Shown: in pieces, positions 1-8,376 of the stretch
How the letters are laid out: every line of letters begins with the position of its first letter
Position numbering within the stretch: position 1 is the stretch's first letter
Source: a bacterium
GTDB lineage: Bacteria; UBA8248; JACPRG01; G963555815
Assembly: GCA_965261595.1 (NCBI GenBank)
Contig: CBDHDG010000005.1
Location: 928,001-992,000, forward strand
Length of the DNA: 64,000 nt
Direction: 5' to 3'
Notes under the pieces: model-generated
What the model was told of the DNA's origin: nothing
Database searches by the model: none
The model's input: only the letters and a program-made list of their open reading frames with translations
Translations under genes and position numbers: made by a program

Positions 1-820
1 TGACCACCCAGTTGATCATGTGGATCAGGTTCCACAGGACGAACCCGACGACGTGAACGCCGATGAACTTGGTCATCTGGGCCATGACCGGCTCTTCCCC
101 CCAGGAGTAGCCGCCGTGGAAAGACAAGGGCATGCCGCGCTCCTGGAGGGTCGCGTAAAGCTTCATGTACTGGTTGTCGTGGACCGGCTTGTTCCGGGTG
201 CTCGTCAGCATGAAACCGATCACGCCGGTCTGCTCGGAGAACTCCTCCACCGTCCGGACGGCCTCTTCCGGCGTGCTGAACGGCAGATACAGGAGCGACT
301 TGATTCGATCGTCGCCGGAGAGCACGTGTTCCACCAGCCAGCGGTTGTAGGCCCGGGCCAGCAGGGCCTCGGTTCTCGGGTCCGGGTGCTTGCCCAGGTC
401 GAGGAGCTTCGTCGGAAAAACGACCATGTAGTCCGTCCCGAATGACTCCATGGCCCGCCGGACGATGGTGACGTCCGTGTGAACGTCGGTGTCCTCGACC
501 GGCTCGCGCCAGCCCGCCTGATGCTGGATGCGCCCGCCTACATCCTGGTAATACATGATGTTGTTCACCACGCCGTACGGGGGCGATGCCACCTTGCTGT
601 GGTACTCGATGGCGTGGGCGCGCACGACCGGGTCCTCGATGTACTCCACAACATCCCGCCAGGACGCGTTGTCGGAATGATGGGAATCCACGTCGAAGAT
701 CACGTAGTCCTTGTAGTTCCGCTTCTCGGCCTGCTGCCTGGCATGCGCGAGGATGTCCCGGGTGTCCGTGCGGTGGTGGATTTGTTCAAGGTCCGCCGCG
801 CTCGCCGCTTTAGTCTCCAT
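1..820 (-). CDS. Amidohydrolase family protein (Amidohydro_2-like), 3' end runs off the window
   Basis: Not in ORF track; read by hand from ATG at 820: METKAASAADLEQ...VIFDVDSHHS...AYNRWLVEHV...PLSFHGG. DxDxH metal motif and AYNRW motif are typical. Confidence 0.85.
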   Translation of the reverse strand, partial: METKAASAADLEQIHHRTDTRDILAHARQQAEKRNYKDYVIFDVDSHHSDNASWRDVVEYIEDPVVRAHAIEYHSKVASPPYGVVNNIMYYQDVGGRIQHQAGWREPVEDTDVHTDVTIVRRAMESFGTDYMVVFPTKLLDLGKHPDPRTEALLARAYNRWLVEHVLSGDDRIKSLLYLPFSTPEEAVRTVEEFSEQTGVIGFMLTSTRNKPVHDNQYMKLYATLQERGMPLSFHGGYSWGEEPVMAQMTKFIGVHVVGFVLWNLIHMINWVV

Positions 821-873
821 TAACCTTTCTCCCGGGTCCGATTCCGGCCGGCTTCCCGGTCCCTCTGTCCGTC

Positions 874-1239
874 TTATACAAGGACGTAGACGTCTCCGTC
901 CCGCACCTCCACCTCGAACTTTTCCAGACGGATGTCGGGGTCCGCCGGATGCGCTCCGGTCCGGATGTCGTACTCGTAGCCGTGCCAGGGGCAGACAATG
1001 TGAATCTTCTCTTCGGCGAACCGGAGACCGAGGCTGGACTGGTCCTCTCCCAGGATCTCTTCCACGTCGCGGAAGAGACGGCCCTGGCAGACGGGACCGC
1101 CCTGGTGGGCGCAATGGTTCCGGTAGGCGTAATAGCTCGGGCCGACGCGGAAGACGCCAATCTCCAGATCATCCCGAACGATGATCTTGCAGTCCCCCTC
1201 CTCGAACTCCGCTTCGCTTCCGGCAAACAACTCAGCCAC
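874..1239 (-). CDS. Rieske [2Fe-2S] ferredoxin
   Basis: CAHQGGP and CPWHGYEYD motifs; GTG start after GGAGAAG. Confidence 0.9.
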   Translation of the reverse strand: MAELFAGSEAEFEEGDCKIIVRDDLEIGVFRVGPSYYAYRNHCAHQGGPVCQGRLFRDVEEILGEDQSSLGLRFAEEKIHIVCPWHGYEYDIRTGAHPADPDIRLEKFEVEVRDGDVYVLV

Positions 1240-1426
1240 GTTCTTCTCCTCCCGGGCGCTCGATGCTCACCAGGCGCGATTCAGTCTTTGAGAATTTACT
1301 CCCGTCAAGGTTAGTCCTAGTTGATCGCAAGGAATCCGCCTTCGAGGGCGAGGCCACGACTCAAATCGAATGCGCATCACAATGCGTTGCTGTTTTCCGC
1401 CCTTGATATATTGCGAACCCCTACTT

Positions 1427-1507
1427 GGGCCGGGCAGGATGCCCGGCCTACCCATTGGTGTTATCGCTGGTCCCCATATGGGGTGGGGCGGGCATCTTGC
1501 CCGCCTC
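1427..1507. repeat. Inverted pair of GTAG-type REP-like palindromes
   Basis: ggccgggcaggatgcccggcctac ... gtggggcgggcatcttgcccgcc; near-identical pair at 6751-6829. Confidence 0.7.
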
Positions 1508-1557
1508 GAATCCAACTGGGAATGTCCACATTATACACACGGCGGCCTTCCTTCTTT

Positions 1558-3936
1558 TCAGTCCATATCCCGCGCCTGAAGGGCGGTGAAAATCTTTTCC
1601 GGTGTCAGGGGAAGCGTCCGGATCCGGACCCCCACGGCGTCATACACGGCGTTGGCGATGGCGGCGGCCGTCGGCGTGACCGTCGTCTCGGCGAATCCTT
1701 TGGCGCCGAATGGTCCCTCCTCATCGTCGGAGGATACAACGATGGCGTGGACCGGAGGCATGTCCAGGGTGGTCGGCAGTTTGTAGTCGGCGAGGGTGCT
1801 GTTCACGAGCTGGCCCGACGCGGGGTCGAACACCATTTCCTCCATCAGGGCGTAGCCGACGCCCTGCATCACGCCCCCTTCGATTTGTCCCTCCACCCCC
1901 GGCGGGCAGATCGGAAAGCCCACGTCGTGCGCGGCGGCCAGACCGAGAACGCTCACCTGGCCGGTGTCGGGGTCCACCTCGACCTCCGCGACCTGGGCGC
2001 AGAAGCTGTAGGCGGCCGAAATGTTCCCGGAGTGGGTCTCCTTGTCGACGGTTTCGTGGGGCGGGTCGTAGACCCCCCGGCCCATGAAGAGCCGGCCGTC
2101 CCGCCGGTAATGGCCGGACCGTGCGACGTCGGCGATCCCGACGCGCCTTTGCGGCGACCCCCGGACGAATATCTCGCCCTCTCCCACGCGCAGATCCGCG
2201 GCGTCGGCCTCGAGGATTTCTCCCGCTTCCTGAAGGAGCTGGTCTTTCAGCTCGATGGCCGCCCGGCGGGCCGCGTTGCCGGCGATGAAGGTCATCCGGC
2301 TCCCGTGGGTCCCGAGGTCCCAGGGGACCACGTCGGTGTCCTCGCTGTGAATGCGGACGGCCTCGGGCGAGAGGCCGAGCTCCTCCGCCACGACGGCGGC
2401 GATCACCGAGTCCTGCCCGCTCCCGATCTCCGTCGCGCCCGTCAGCACCTGAACCGTCCCGTCGTCCTCCATCTTCACGGTCACGCCGCAGAGGTCGGTG
2501 TTCCGGTAGACGCGGACCCCGCCGCCGCAGTGGACGGCGCAGGCGATGCCGATCCCCCGGCCGAACGTGCGGTCCTTCTTCTTCCCGGCCCAATCCAGGG
2601 CGCCCGCCGCCTTCTCGATGCATTCCCGCATGCCACAGCTTGTGATCCGGTACCCGCAGGCGGAGACGTCTCCGCTCTCCGTGACGTTCTTCAGCCGGAG
2701 CGCCACGGGATCCAGGCCGAGTTTCTCCGCCAGGACGTCCAGGTGGATCTCCCGGGCGAAGGTCCCCTGTGGGTTCCCGTACCCCCGGTAGGAGCCGCCG
2801 TAGTTCTTGTTGGTGTAGACGATCCTGGCGTTGAACCGGTAATGCTCGACCTTGCTGTATGTGGTGATGTTGTAGTTGGCCGCCGTGAACGTGACGCCCG
2901 GGGCCCCGCTCATGTAGGCGCCGTTGTCGGTGACGATCTCCATCTCCTGTCCCAGGATGCGGCCGCCGCGCGTGGCGCCGGTCCGGAGCCGGATGCCCAT
3001 GGGGTGCCGCGTTCTCGACCCCACGAAGTCTTCCTCCCGGGAGAGCATGAGCCGGACGGGCCGCCCGGTCTCCATGGCCAGCAGGGCGCAGATGGGATGG
3101 AAGTCGTGCATCTCCATGCGCTTTCCGAACCCGCCGCCGATGGCCGTTCGAATGATCCGGACGCGGCTTTCCGGAAGGCCGAGGCAGTCGGCCAGGTGTT
3201 TTCGTAAAAGAAAAGGCATCTGGATCGACGTCCAGACCGTCAGGCGGCCGGTCCGGTCGTATCGGGCGAGACAACCCTGGGTCTCCAGACAGCAGTGCTC
3301 GACCTGCGAGGTCTCGAATTCGTCCTCGATCACGACGTCCGCCTCGGCGAGCGCCCGGTCCACGTCGCCGAAGTTCATGGCCAGTTCGATGGCCACGTTT
3401 TCCGCGACGCCTTCGTGCACTTCGGGGGCGTCCGCCGCCATGGCCCGGCGGGGGGAAAGAACGGCGGGCAGCTCTTCGTACTCGACCCGAATCAGGCTGA
3501 GGGCCTCCTCGGCGACGTCGTCTCCGGCGGCCGCCACGGCGGCCACCTCCTCTCCGGCGAATCGGACCTTTTCATGCGCCAGCGGGAGCTTGTCGGCAAG
3601 ACGCCGGTTTCCGGGGTCGGCGTCCTGGCGGAAACCATACCGGAGCAGCGGTGTGTCCCGGGCCGTGAGGATCGCCTGGACGCCGGGCAGGGCCGCGGCG
3701 GCCCCGGTGTCGATGCCGAGAATCCGCGCGTGAGCGTAGGGGCTACGGAGGATCTTCCCGGTCAGCGCGTCCGGCAGCGTGAAGTCCGTCCCGTAAACGG
3801 TCGTTCCGGCGGCCTTGGGCGCTCCGTCGTGCTTGGGGAATCGCCGGCCGACGACCCGATAGTTTCTCCCCTCCCCCTCATCCTTCATGCGGGTCTCCGG
3901 GCTCGGTTGGAGGTTGCCACTGGTCTTTCTCATCAT
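1558..3936 (-). CDS. Xanthine dehydrogenase family molybdopterin-binding subunit
   Basis: RSPYAHARI, IGGGFGKR, YRGYGNPQ, QIEGGVMQGVG, GAKGFAE motifs; ATGA overlap with upstream stop (alternative start 3888). Confidence 0.92.
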   Translation of the reverse strand: MMRKTSGNLQPSPETRMKDEGEGRNYRVVGRRFPKHDGAPKAAGTTVYGTDFTLPDALTGKILRSPYAHARILGIDTGAAAALPGVQAILTARDTPLLRYGFRQDADPGNRRLADKLPLAHEKVRFAGEEVAAVAAAGDDVAEEALSLIRVEYEELPAVLSPRRAMAADAPEVHEGVAENVAIELAMNFGDVDRALAEADVVIEDEFETSQVEHCCLETQGCLARYDRTGRLTVWTSIQMPFLLRKHLADCLGLPESRVRIIRTAIGGGFGKRMEMHDFHPICALLAMETGRPVRLMLSREEDFVGSRTRHPMGIRLRTGATRGGRILGQEMEIVTDNGAYMSGAPGVTFTAANYNITTYSKVEHYRFNARIVYTNKNYGGSYRGYGNPQGTFAREIHLDVLAEKLGLDPVALRLKNVTESGDVSACGYRITSCGMRECIEKAAGALDWAGKKKDRTFGRGIGIACAVHCGGGVRVYRNTDLCGVTVKMEDDGTVQVLTGATEIGSGQDSVIAAVVAEELGLSPEAVRIHSEDTDVVPWDLGTHGSRMTFIAGNAARRAAIELKDQLLQEAGEILEADAADLRVGEGEIFVRGSPQRRVGIADVARSGHYRRDGRLFMGRGVYDPPHETVDKETHSGNISAAYSFCAQVAEVEVDPDTGQVSVLGLAAAHDVGFPICPPGVEGQIEGGVMQGVGYALMEEMVFDPASGQLVNSTLADYKLPTTLDMPPVHAIVVSSDDEEGPFGAKGFAETTVTPTAAAIANAVYDAVGVRIRTLPLTPEKIFTALQARDMD

Positions 3937-5300
3937 CCGATGGTTCTTCGCAGGACCCGTCCGCGTCCCGGTTTGACGAGAATCTCGTTGTTCTCGACGG
4001 CGACGACGCCCCCTTGAATCGTCATGACCGGCCAGCCCCGAAGGGTTTTCCCTTCGTAGAGGGAAAAGTCCGTTTGCGTGTGAAGGCTCGCCGGCCGGAC
4101 CACCCTCCGCTTGTCGAGATCCACGATCACCAGGTCCGCGTCGCTACCGGGGGCGATGGCCCCTTTCCGGGGATAGAGGCCGAAGATCCGGGCGGGCTGC
4201 CGCGTCATCTTGTCCACCAGCCGCTCCAGCGGGAATTTCCGGCGGTGAACGCCCTCGTCGAGGAGAACGGGCAGATGGGTTCCCAGAAGGGTGGCCGCGC
4301 CCCGGGCGTCGATGAGGCCCGCGTCGGCTTGTTTGAAAGCCAGGGTTCGGAGGATGTTGTCCGTTCCCAGGGTATCGATCACGTCCTCTTCCATTCCTCT
4401 CCAGAGGGATATCCGGTTTTCTTCGTCCCGCAGGGGCGGGATGAGCTTGGCGAGCAGGCCCATCTCCGAGCGGTGGGTCAGCGTGAGGTAAGGGGAGCAC
4501 GTCTCGGCGTAAACGGTCCCGCTCTCCTTCCGGAATTCCTTGAGTCTGCGCAGGGCCTCGGCGGTGGAGACATGGACGATATAAATCCGGCACCCGGCTT
4601 TCCCGGCCAGGTAGACGGAGCGGTGGACCGCCTCCTCTTCGACGATGTTCGGGTGGCAGTCGGCCCAGTCGGCCAGGTTCCCGTTGGGTCGCAGCCGTCC
4701 GATTCGCTCGCGGGTCCGGGTGATGATGTCGGGGTTCTCGGCATGAACGAGGGCGATCCCGCCGGAACCGAGCTTCGCGATCTGCCGGAAGGATTCGAGC
4801 AGCAGTCCGTCATCCACTGGGACCGACATGCCTTTGATCGGAATGCCGGACATGAACATCTTGAACGAGGTGACGCCGAGCCGCTTCGCGCATTGAGGGA
4901 TCTCGCGGGCGTGGGACCCGGAGTTGATCTCGAAGTGGGGAATGATGTCGATTGAGCTGTTGGCCTCGAGGATTTTCGTGAGCGAGCCGAATGTCTTGAG
5001 GTGTGATCCGGACTCGCGGATGAAGACCCCGATCGTCGTTACGCCTCCGGCCAGGGCGGAGCGCGTCTCGGACCGGCAGTCCCCGGCCATGTCTCCCAGC
5101 AACCCCAGGTGGACGTGGGGGTCGATGATGCCGGGCAGGACGAACTTCCCCTTGGCGTCGATGACGCGCTTGGCGGAAGGAAGAAGGTCGTCGCGGGCGA
5201 CGACCCGGATCTTCCCGCCCTGTATTGCGACCCCGGCCCGGATGAGCCCGTCGCCGGGGATGACGAGCGTCCCGCCCCGAATGACCAAATCCGCTTTGAT
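3933..5300 (-). CDS. Cyclic amidohydrolase (dihydropyrimidinase/allantoinase/dihydroorotase family)
   Basis: PGIIDPHVH, GGVTT, SFKMF, VHAEN, HVST, KGAIAPGSDADLVI; start TTG 5288 or non-canonical ATC 5300. Confidence 0.88.
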   Translation of the reverse strand: MKADLVIRGGTLVIPGDGLIRAGVAIQGGKIRVVARDDLLPSAKRVIDAKGKFVLPGIIDPHVHLGLLGDMAGDCRSETRSALAGGVTTIGVFIRESGSHLKTFGSLTKILEANSSIDIIPHFEINSGSHAREIPQCAKRLGVTSFKMFMSGIPIKGMSVPVDDGLLLESFRQIAKLGSGGIALVHAENPDIITRTRERIGRLRPNGNLADWADCHPNIVEEEAVHRSVYLAGKAGCRIYIVHVSTAEALRRLKEFRKESGTVYAETCSPYLTLTHRSEMGLLAKLIPPLRDEENRISLWRGMEEDVIDTLGTDNILRTLAFKQADAGLIDARGAATLLGTHLPVLLDEGVHRRKFPLERLVDKMTRQPARIFGLYPRKGAIAPGSDADLVIVDLDKRRVVRPASLHTQTDFSLYEGKTLRGWPVMTIQGGVVAVENNEILVKPGRGRVLRRTIG

Positions 5301-5329
5301 GACGTCCCCCCCCCCCTCTATCGGGTTGT

Positions 5330-6634
5330 TCAGAAAACCCGCTGGTCCTCGACGTCTGTGGCGACGGCCAGGAGGGCGCGCTCGACGAGCTTTCGCCGGA
5401 ACGCCTTCTCTTCCGCGGGCCCCAGGTCGGGGTTGCCCGTGACGTGCGGGATCCCGGCCCCGGTCACGATCCGGTTCGCTCCGACGTTCTTCGCGATCGA
5501 CGTGAGCGTCGCAATCAGGGCCGCCGGAAGCCCCTGCCGCTCAATCTCCTTCGCGACCGCTGACCCGCAGCGGGTGCACGTCCCTCACGTGGAGGTGACG
5601 AGGACCGCGTCCACCCCCGCCGCCTTCAGATCGAGGGCGATTTCCTTTCCCATCCGCGCCCCGGCCTCGTAATACGTGCTGCACCCGGCCAGGGTGTAGA
5701 AGTGGTCGAAGACCTTTCTGATCCGCCCCTGTGCTTCCAGCTCCCGAAGGGCGTCCAGGGGGACGATCCGGTTGGGGTCCTCGTTGACGTAGGCGGTTGA
5801 ATACCCCCCGTGATTGCCTTCGTAGGCGGAAGGGTCGAGGCCGTCGAGGCCGGCCAACGCGTATTTGCCGAAACGCGTCGCCATGGTGGATTCGAGTCGA
5901 TCGGGGTTTCCCTTGGGCGTCAGACCCCCGGTCGTGACCAGTGAGATGGTGGTCTTCGTCAGGTCTTTGACGGGCGGCGCCGGCGGCGTCCGGTCGAATT
6001 TCGGCATCACCAGCTCGGTCTCGAACGCCCGGCCTCCGGTCTTCGCCAGGAGCATCTCGATGGCCCGGTCGGCCCCCTTCTTCCCGACGCGGATGTTCCT
6101 GCGGAATCCCCGGGGGAAGGTTCCTTCCTCCCGGGGAGGGCTGGGGGTCTCGCCCCGCAGGAGCTTCAAGCCCAGGCGGCCCATGGCCGCGAGGGCCGCG
6201 TTCATCCCCCGGACGTTGTCCGAGGTGGAAACGATGTAGGCGTCCTTCCGGTATTCCAGGCCCGGGTTTTCCGGCGCCATGGCGGTCAGCGTCGGGATGT
6301 CGAGGGCTTGGCCGACCTTTCGGCAGAGGACGCCGCAGGCGTACCCGTAGCGTCCGGCGTTGAAGGCCGGCCCGGCCACGAAGAGATCCGGCTTAGCGCT
6401 TTGGATGATCTCCAGCAGCGCCTCCGCCGCTTCCTCGGTGCGCTCGGCGAAGAAGTCATCCCCGCAAACGGCGGTCAGGACGATCTCCCCTTCGCCGCGC
6501 AGCGCCTCCTGAAGCGGCCGTCCCGGCCCCGTGGCCCCCGGAAGGGCGTCGGGGCCGGCGGAGGCCTGTGTCTCTCCGCCGATCCCCGCGAAGAACTGAT
6601 TCAGGTAATGGACGACCCGCATCCGATCAGTCAT
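5330..6634 (-). CDS. grdB: Glycine/sarcosine/betaine reductase selenoprotein B (Sec at UGA 5587-5585)
   Basis: N-terminus RVVHYLNQFFAGIGGE, GPAFNAGRYG; frame continues through TGA as STUGTCTRCGSAVAKEIER...GANRIV..IPHVTGNP to a stop at 5330; 434 aa. Confidence 0.93.
5558..5587 (-). promoter_or_regulatory. Candidate bacterial SECIS hairpin directly 3' of the Sec codon
   Basis: UGA GGGACGUGC ACCCG-CUG-CGGGU CAGC stem-loop. Confidence 0.55.
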
Positions 6635-6750
6635 GTCTATCCCTCCCGCAAATTTCGCGGGCAACAGGTTACCGAAAAATCCCTTGAGGCGGAAGGAGGA
6701 GGCGATGGCGGACAGACACAACCGTCTCTTGCCGCCAGTGGCGCCTTGAA

Positions 6751-6829
6751 GGCGGGCAGGATGCCCGCCCTACCTAAATGGTTGTACGCCTCTCATGCCC
6801 GCCGGTCGGCCGGGCATCCTGCCCGGCTC
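6751..6829. repeat. Inverted pair of GTAG-type REP-like palindromes
   Basis: ggcgggcaggatgcccgccctac ... gtcggccgggcatcctgcccggc. Confidence 0.7.
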
Positions 6830-6936
6830 GGTCGGATTAGCGCGCCTCTTTTATGGTCTGATGCCGCCATCGGCGTGCAACAGGTCTTCGCGGTCGGTAT
6901 TCTGAGCGCGCCTGAACCGGATTTCTCGACCCCATG

Positions 6937-8205
6937 TCAGAACTCCTGGACGCCCAGGTCATTGTCCCCGAAGAAGCTGACCGGCCCCGGGATCTTGTTG
7001 TAGGGGACCTCGACGGGCGCGCCGGGGTCCTGGTCATAGTCCTTTAGCCGCTCGCCGCCGATGACCCGGTTCATCCCCGGGAGCGGGAGCATTTCCGCGC
7101 AGTTGCCCAGGGCGACGATGGCGTCGGCCCGGGGGCTGGCGTCGGCCAGGGCGCCCTCCGAGGAGCCGCCCGCCCCGGCGAACTCCATCGCAAGGATCGT
7201 CGTCTTGATTCCCTTCTCCTCGCAGCGCTCGCAGGTCAGCATGAGGTCGGTGTCCGCCTGTCCGCCCCCGTCCTTGGTGATCACCACACTGTCCACGCCC
7301 AGGATGTCCTTCGCCAGGTGAGCCACTTGCTCCGCGTTGAAGGCCTTTTCGGCGAAGAGCTTGTGATGGTTGGCGAGGATGGTGGCGGCGTAATGAAGGG
7401 TTTCCCCGTCGTCCCGGTAAAGGGAGCGGATGATCCCGTTGTTCTGGTTGTCGTACGTCATGTTCTTGGTCGGCCGGCTGAACCCGGCCCAGACGACGGC
7501 TCCGTCCATGATTTCATTGGGGTGAATGAGCGTCGGGGCCAGCGCCCGGGTGTCCCGCCCGTAGACGAGCATGTCCCGGAGGTCGCCGTGGGAGTAGAGG
7601 AAATAGACATACGCGATTCTGGGAAGGGCGGAGTCTTCTCCCGCTCTCTCCGCCGAAGGGGGCAGCTCGAAATCTTCCGCCAACTCCGGCGTTTTCCCCT
7701 CGGCCGTCCGTCCGAGGTAATGGGCGGCCCGGACGCCCGTCTCGACCGCCGCCTTCGCGAACCCGGTCCGGCTCAATCCGTCGGCGGGGTTCAGGGTGAG
7801 CACAATGTTTTCCAGGCCGGAGAAGACGCTGAGGTCCGCACAGGGCCCGGTCATGTCCAACAGGGCGTCCTCGGCACCTTCGAGGGGTCCGCACGTCACG
7901 ACCGAGACCCCTTGCAGTACGTTCGTGACGCCGCTGCCCACGAGGCCGGCGTCGCCGAGGATTCCGGGAAAGGTCTCTCCTTCGCCCGAGACCTTCACAC
8001 GGGGTTCGAAGATGTCGAGGATGTTGATGACCCGGCAGGACTCGCCGGGGTGAGCCAGGTCGATCTCGACGGAGCGAAGCCTCTTATCCTGCGCGAGAAG
8101 GTCTCTCAACTCCCCCCGATTCAGAAGCAGCCTGTGGCCGTCGAGCTCCGTTCGCCGGGAGTCTTCGACCCGCTCGACCGGAAAATTTTGCAAAGTCAAC
8201 TTCAC
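6937..8205 (-). CDS. Glycine/sarcosine/betaine reductase component B proprotein-type subunit (GrdE/GrdI family)
   Basis: MKLTLQNFPV.., PGESCRVINILDIFEPRVK, DMTGP, HPNEIMDGA, DGGGQADTDL, ADAIVALGN; adjacent to grdB. Confidence 0.85.
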   Translation of the reverse strand: MKLTLQNFPVERVEDSRRTELDGHRLLLNRGELRDLLAQDKRLRSVEIDLAHPGESCRVINILDIFEPRVKVSGEGETFPGILGDAGLVGSGVTNVLQGVSVVTCGPLEGAEDALLDMTGPCADLSVFSGLENIVLTLNPADGLSRTGFAKAAVETGVRAAHYLGRTAEGKTPELAEDFELPPSAERAGEDSALPRIAYVYFLYSHGDLRDMLVYGRDTRALAPTLIHPNEIMDGAVVWAGFSRPTKNMTYDNQNNGIIRSLYRDDGETLHYAATILANHHKLFAEKAFNAEQVAHLAKDILGVDSVVITKDGGGQADTDLMLTCERCEEKGIKTTILAMEFAGAGGSSEGALADASPRADAIVALGNCAEMLPLPGMNRVIGGERLKDYDQDPGAPVEVPYNKIPGPVSFFGDNDLGVQEF

Positions 8206-8376
8206 GGGAATCCCCCGCCTACGCTCGTCCGCCTAGCAGGTTGCGGAAAAACGATTTGTCGGTCCCGCAAAACCCTGTCCATTTCCCGCCGGGCGATCCA
8301 ATCGACAGGTTTGTCCGGACTTTCCGGTTCTGCGGTCTGTCCAGGCTCTCCAAACGCGTTGCGTTGTCCTCTCGGT

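Noticed and set aside
1321..3207. Long antisense ORFs (628 aa here; also 7318-9402, 24135-26603, 43511-44791 and others)
   Set aside because: Shadow frames of well-supported genes on the opposite strand, expected at high GC; no recognisable motifs.
5585..6721. 378-aa ORF as listed in the track
   Set aside because: The start is too early (SD and family N-terminus at 6634) and the stop is a Sec codon.
1427..6829. CRISPR array from the recurring palindromes
   Set aside because: Only isolated inverted pairs, no regular repeat-spacer series and no cas genes.
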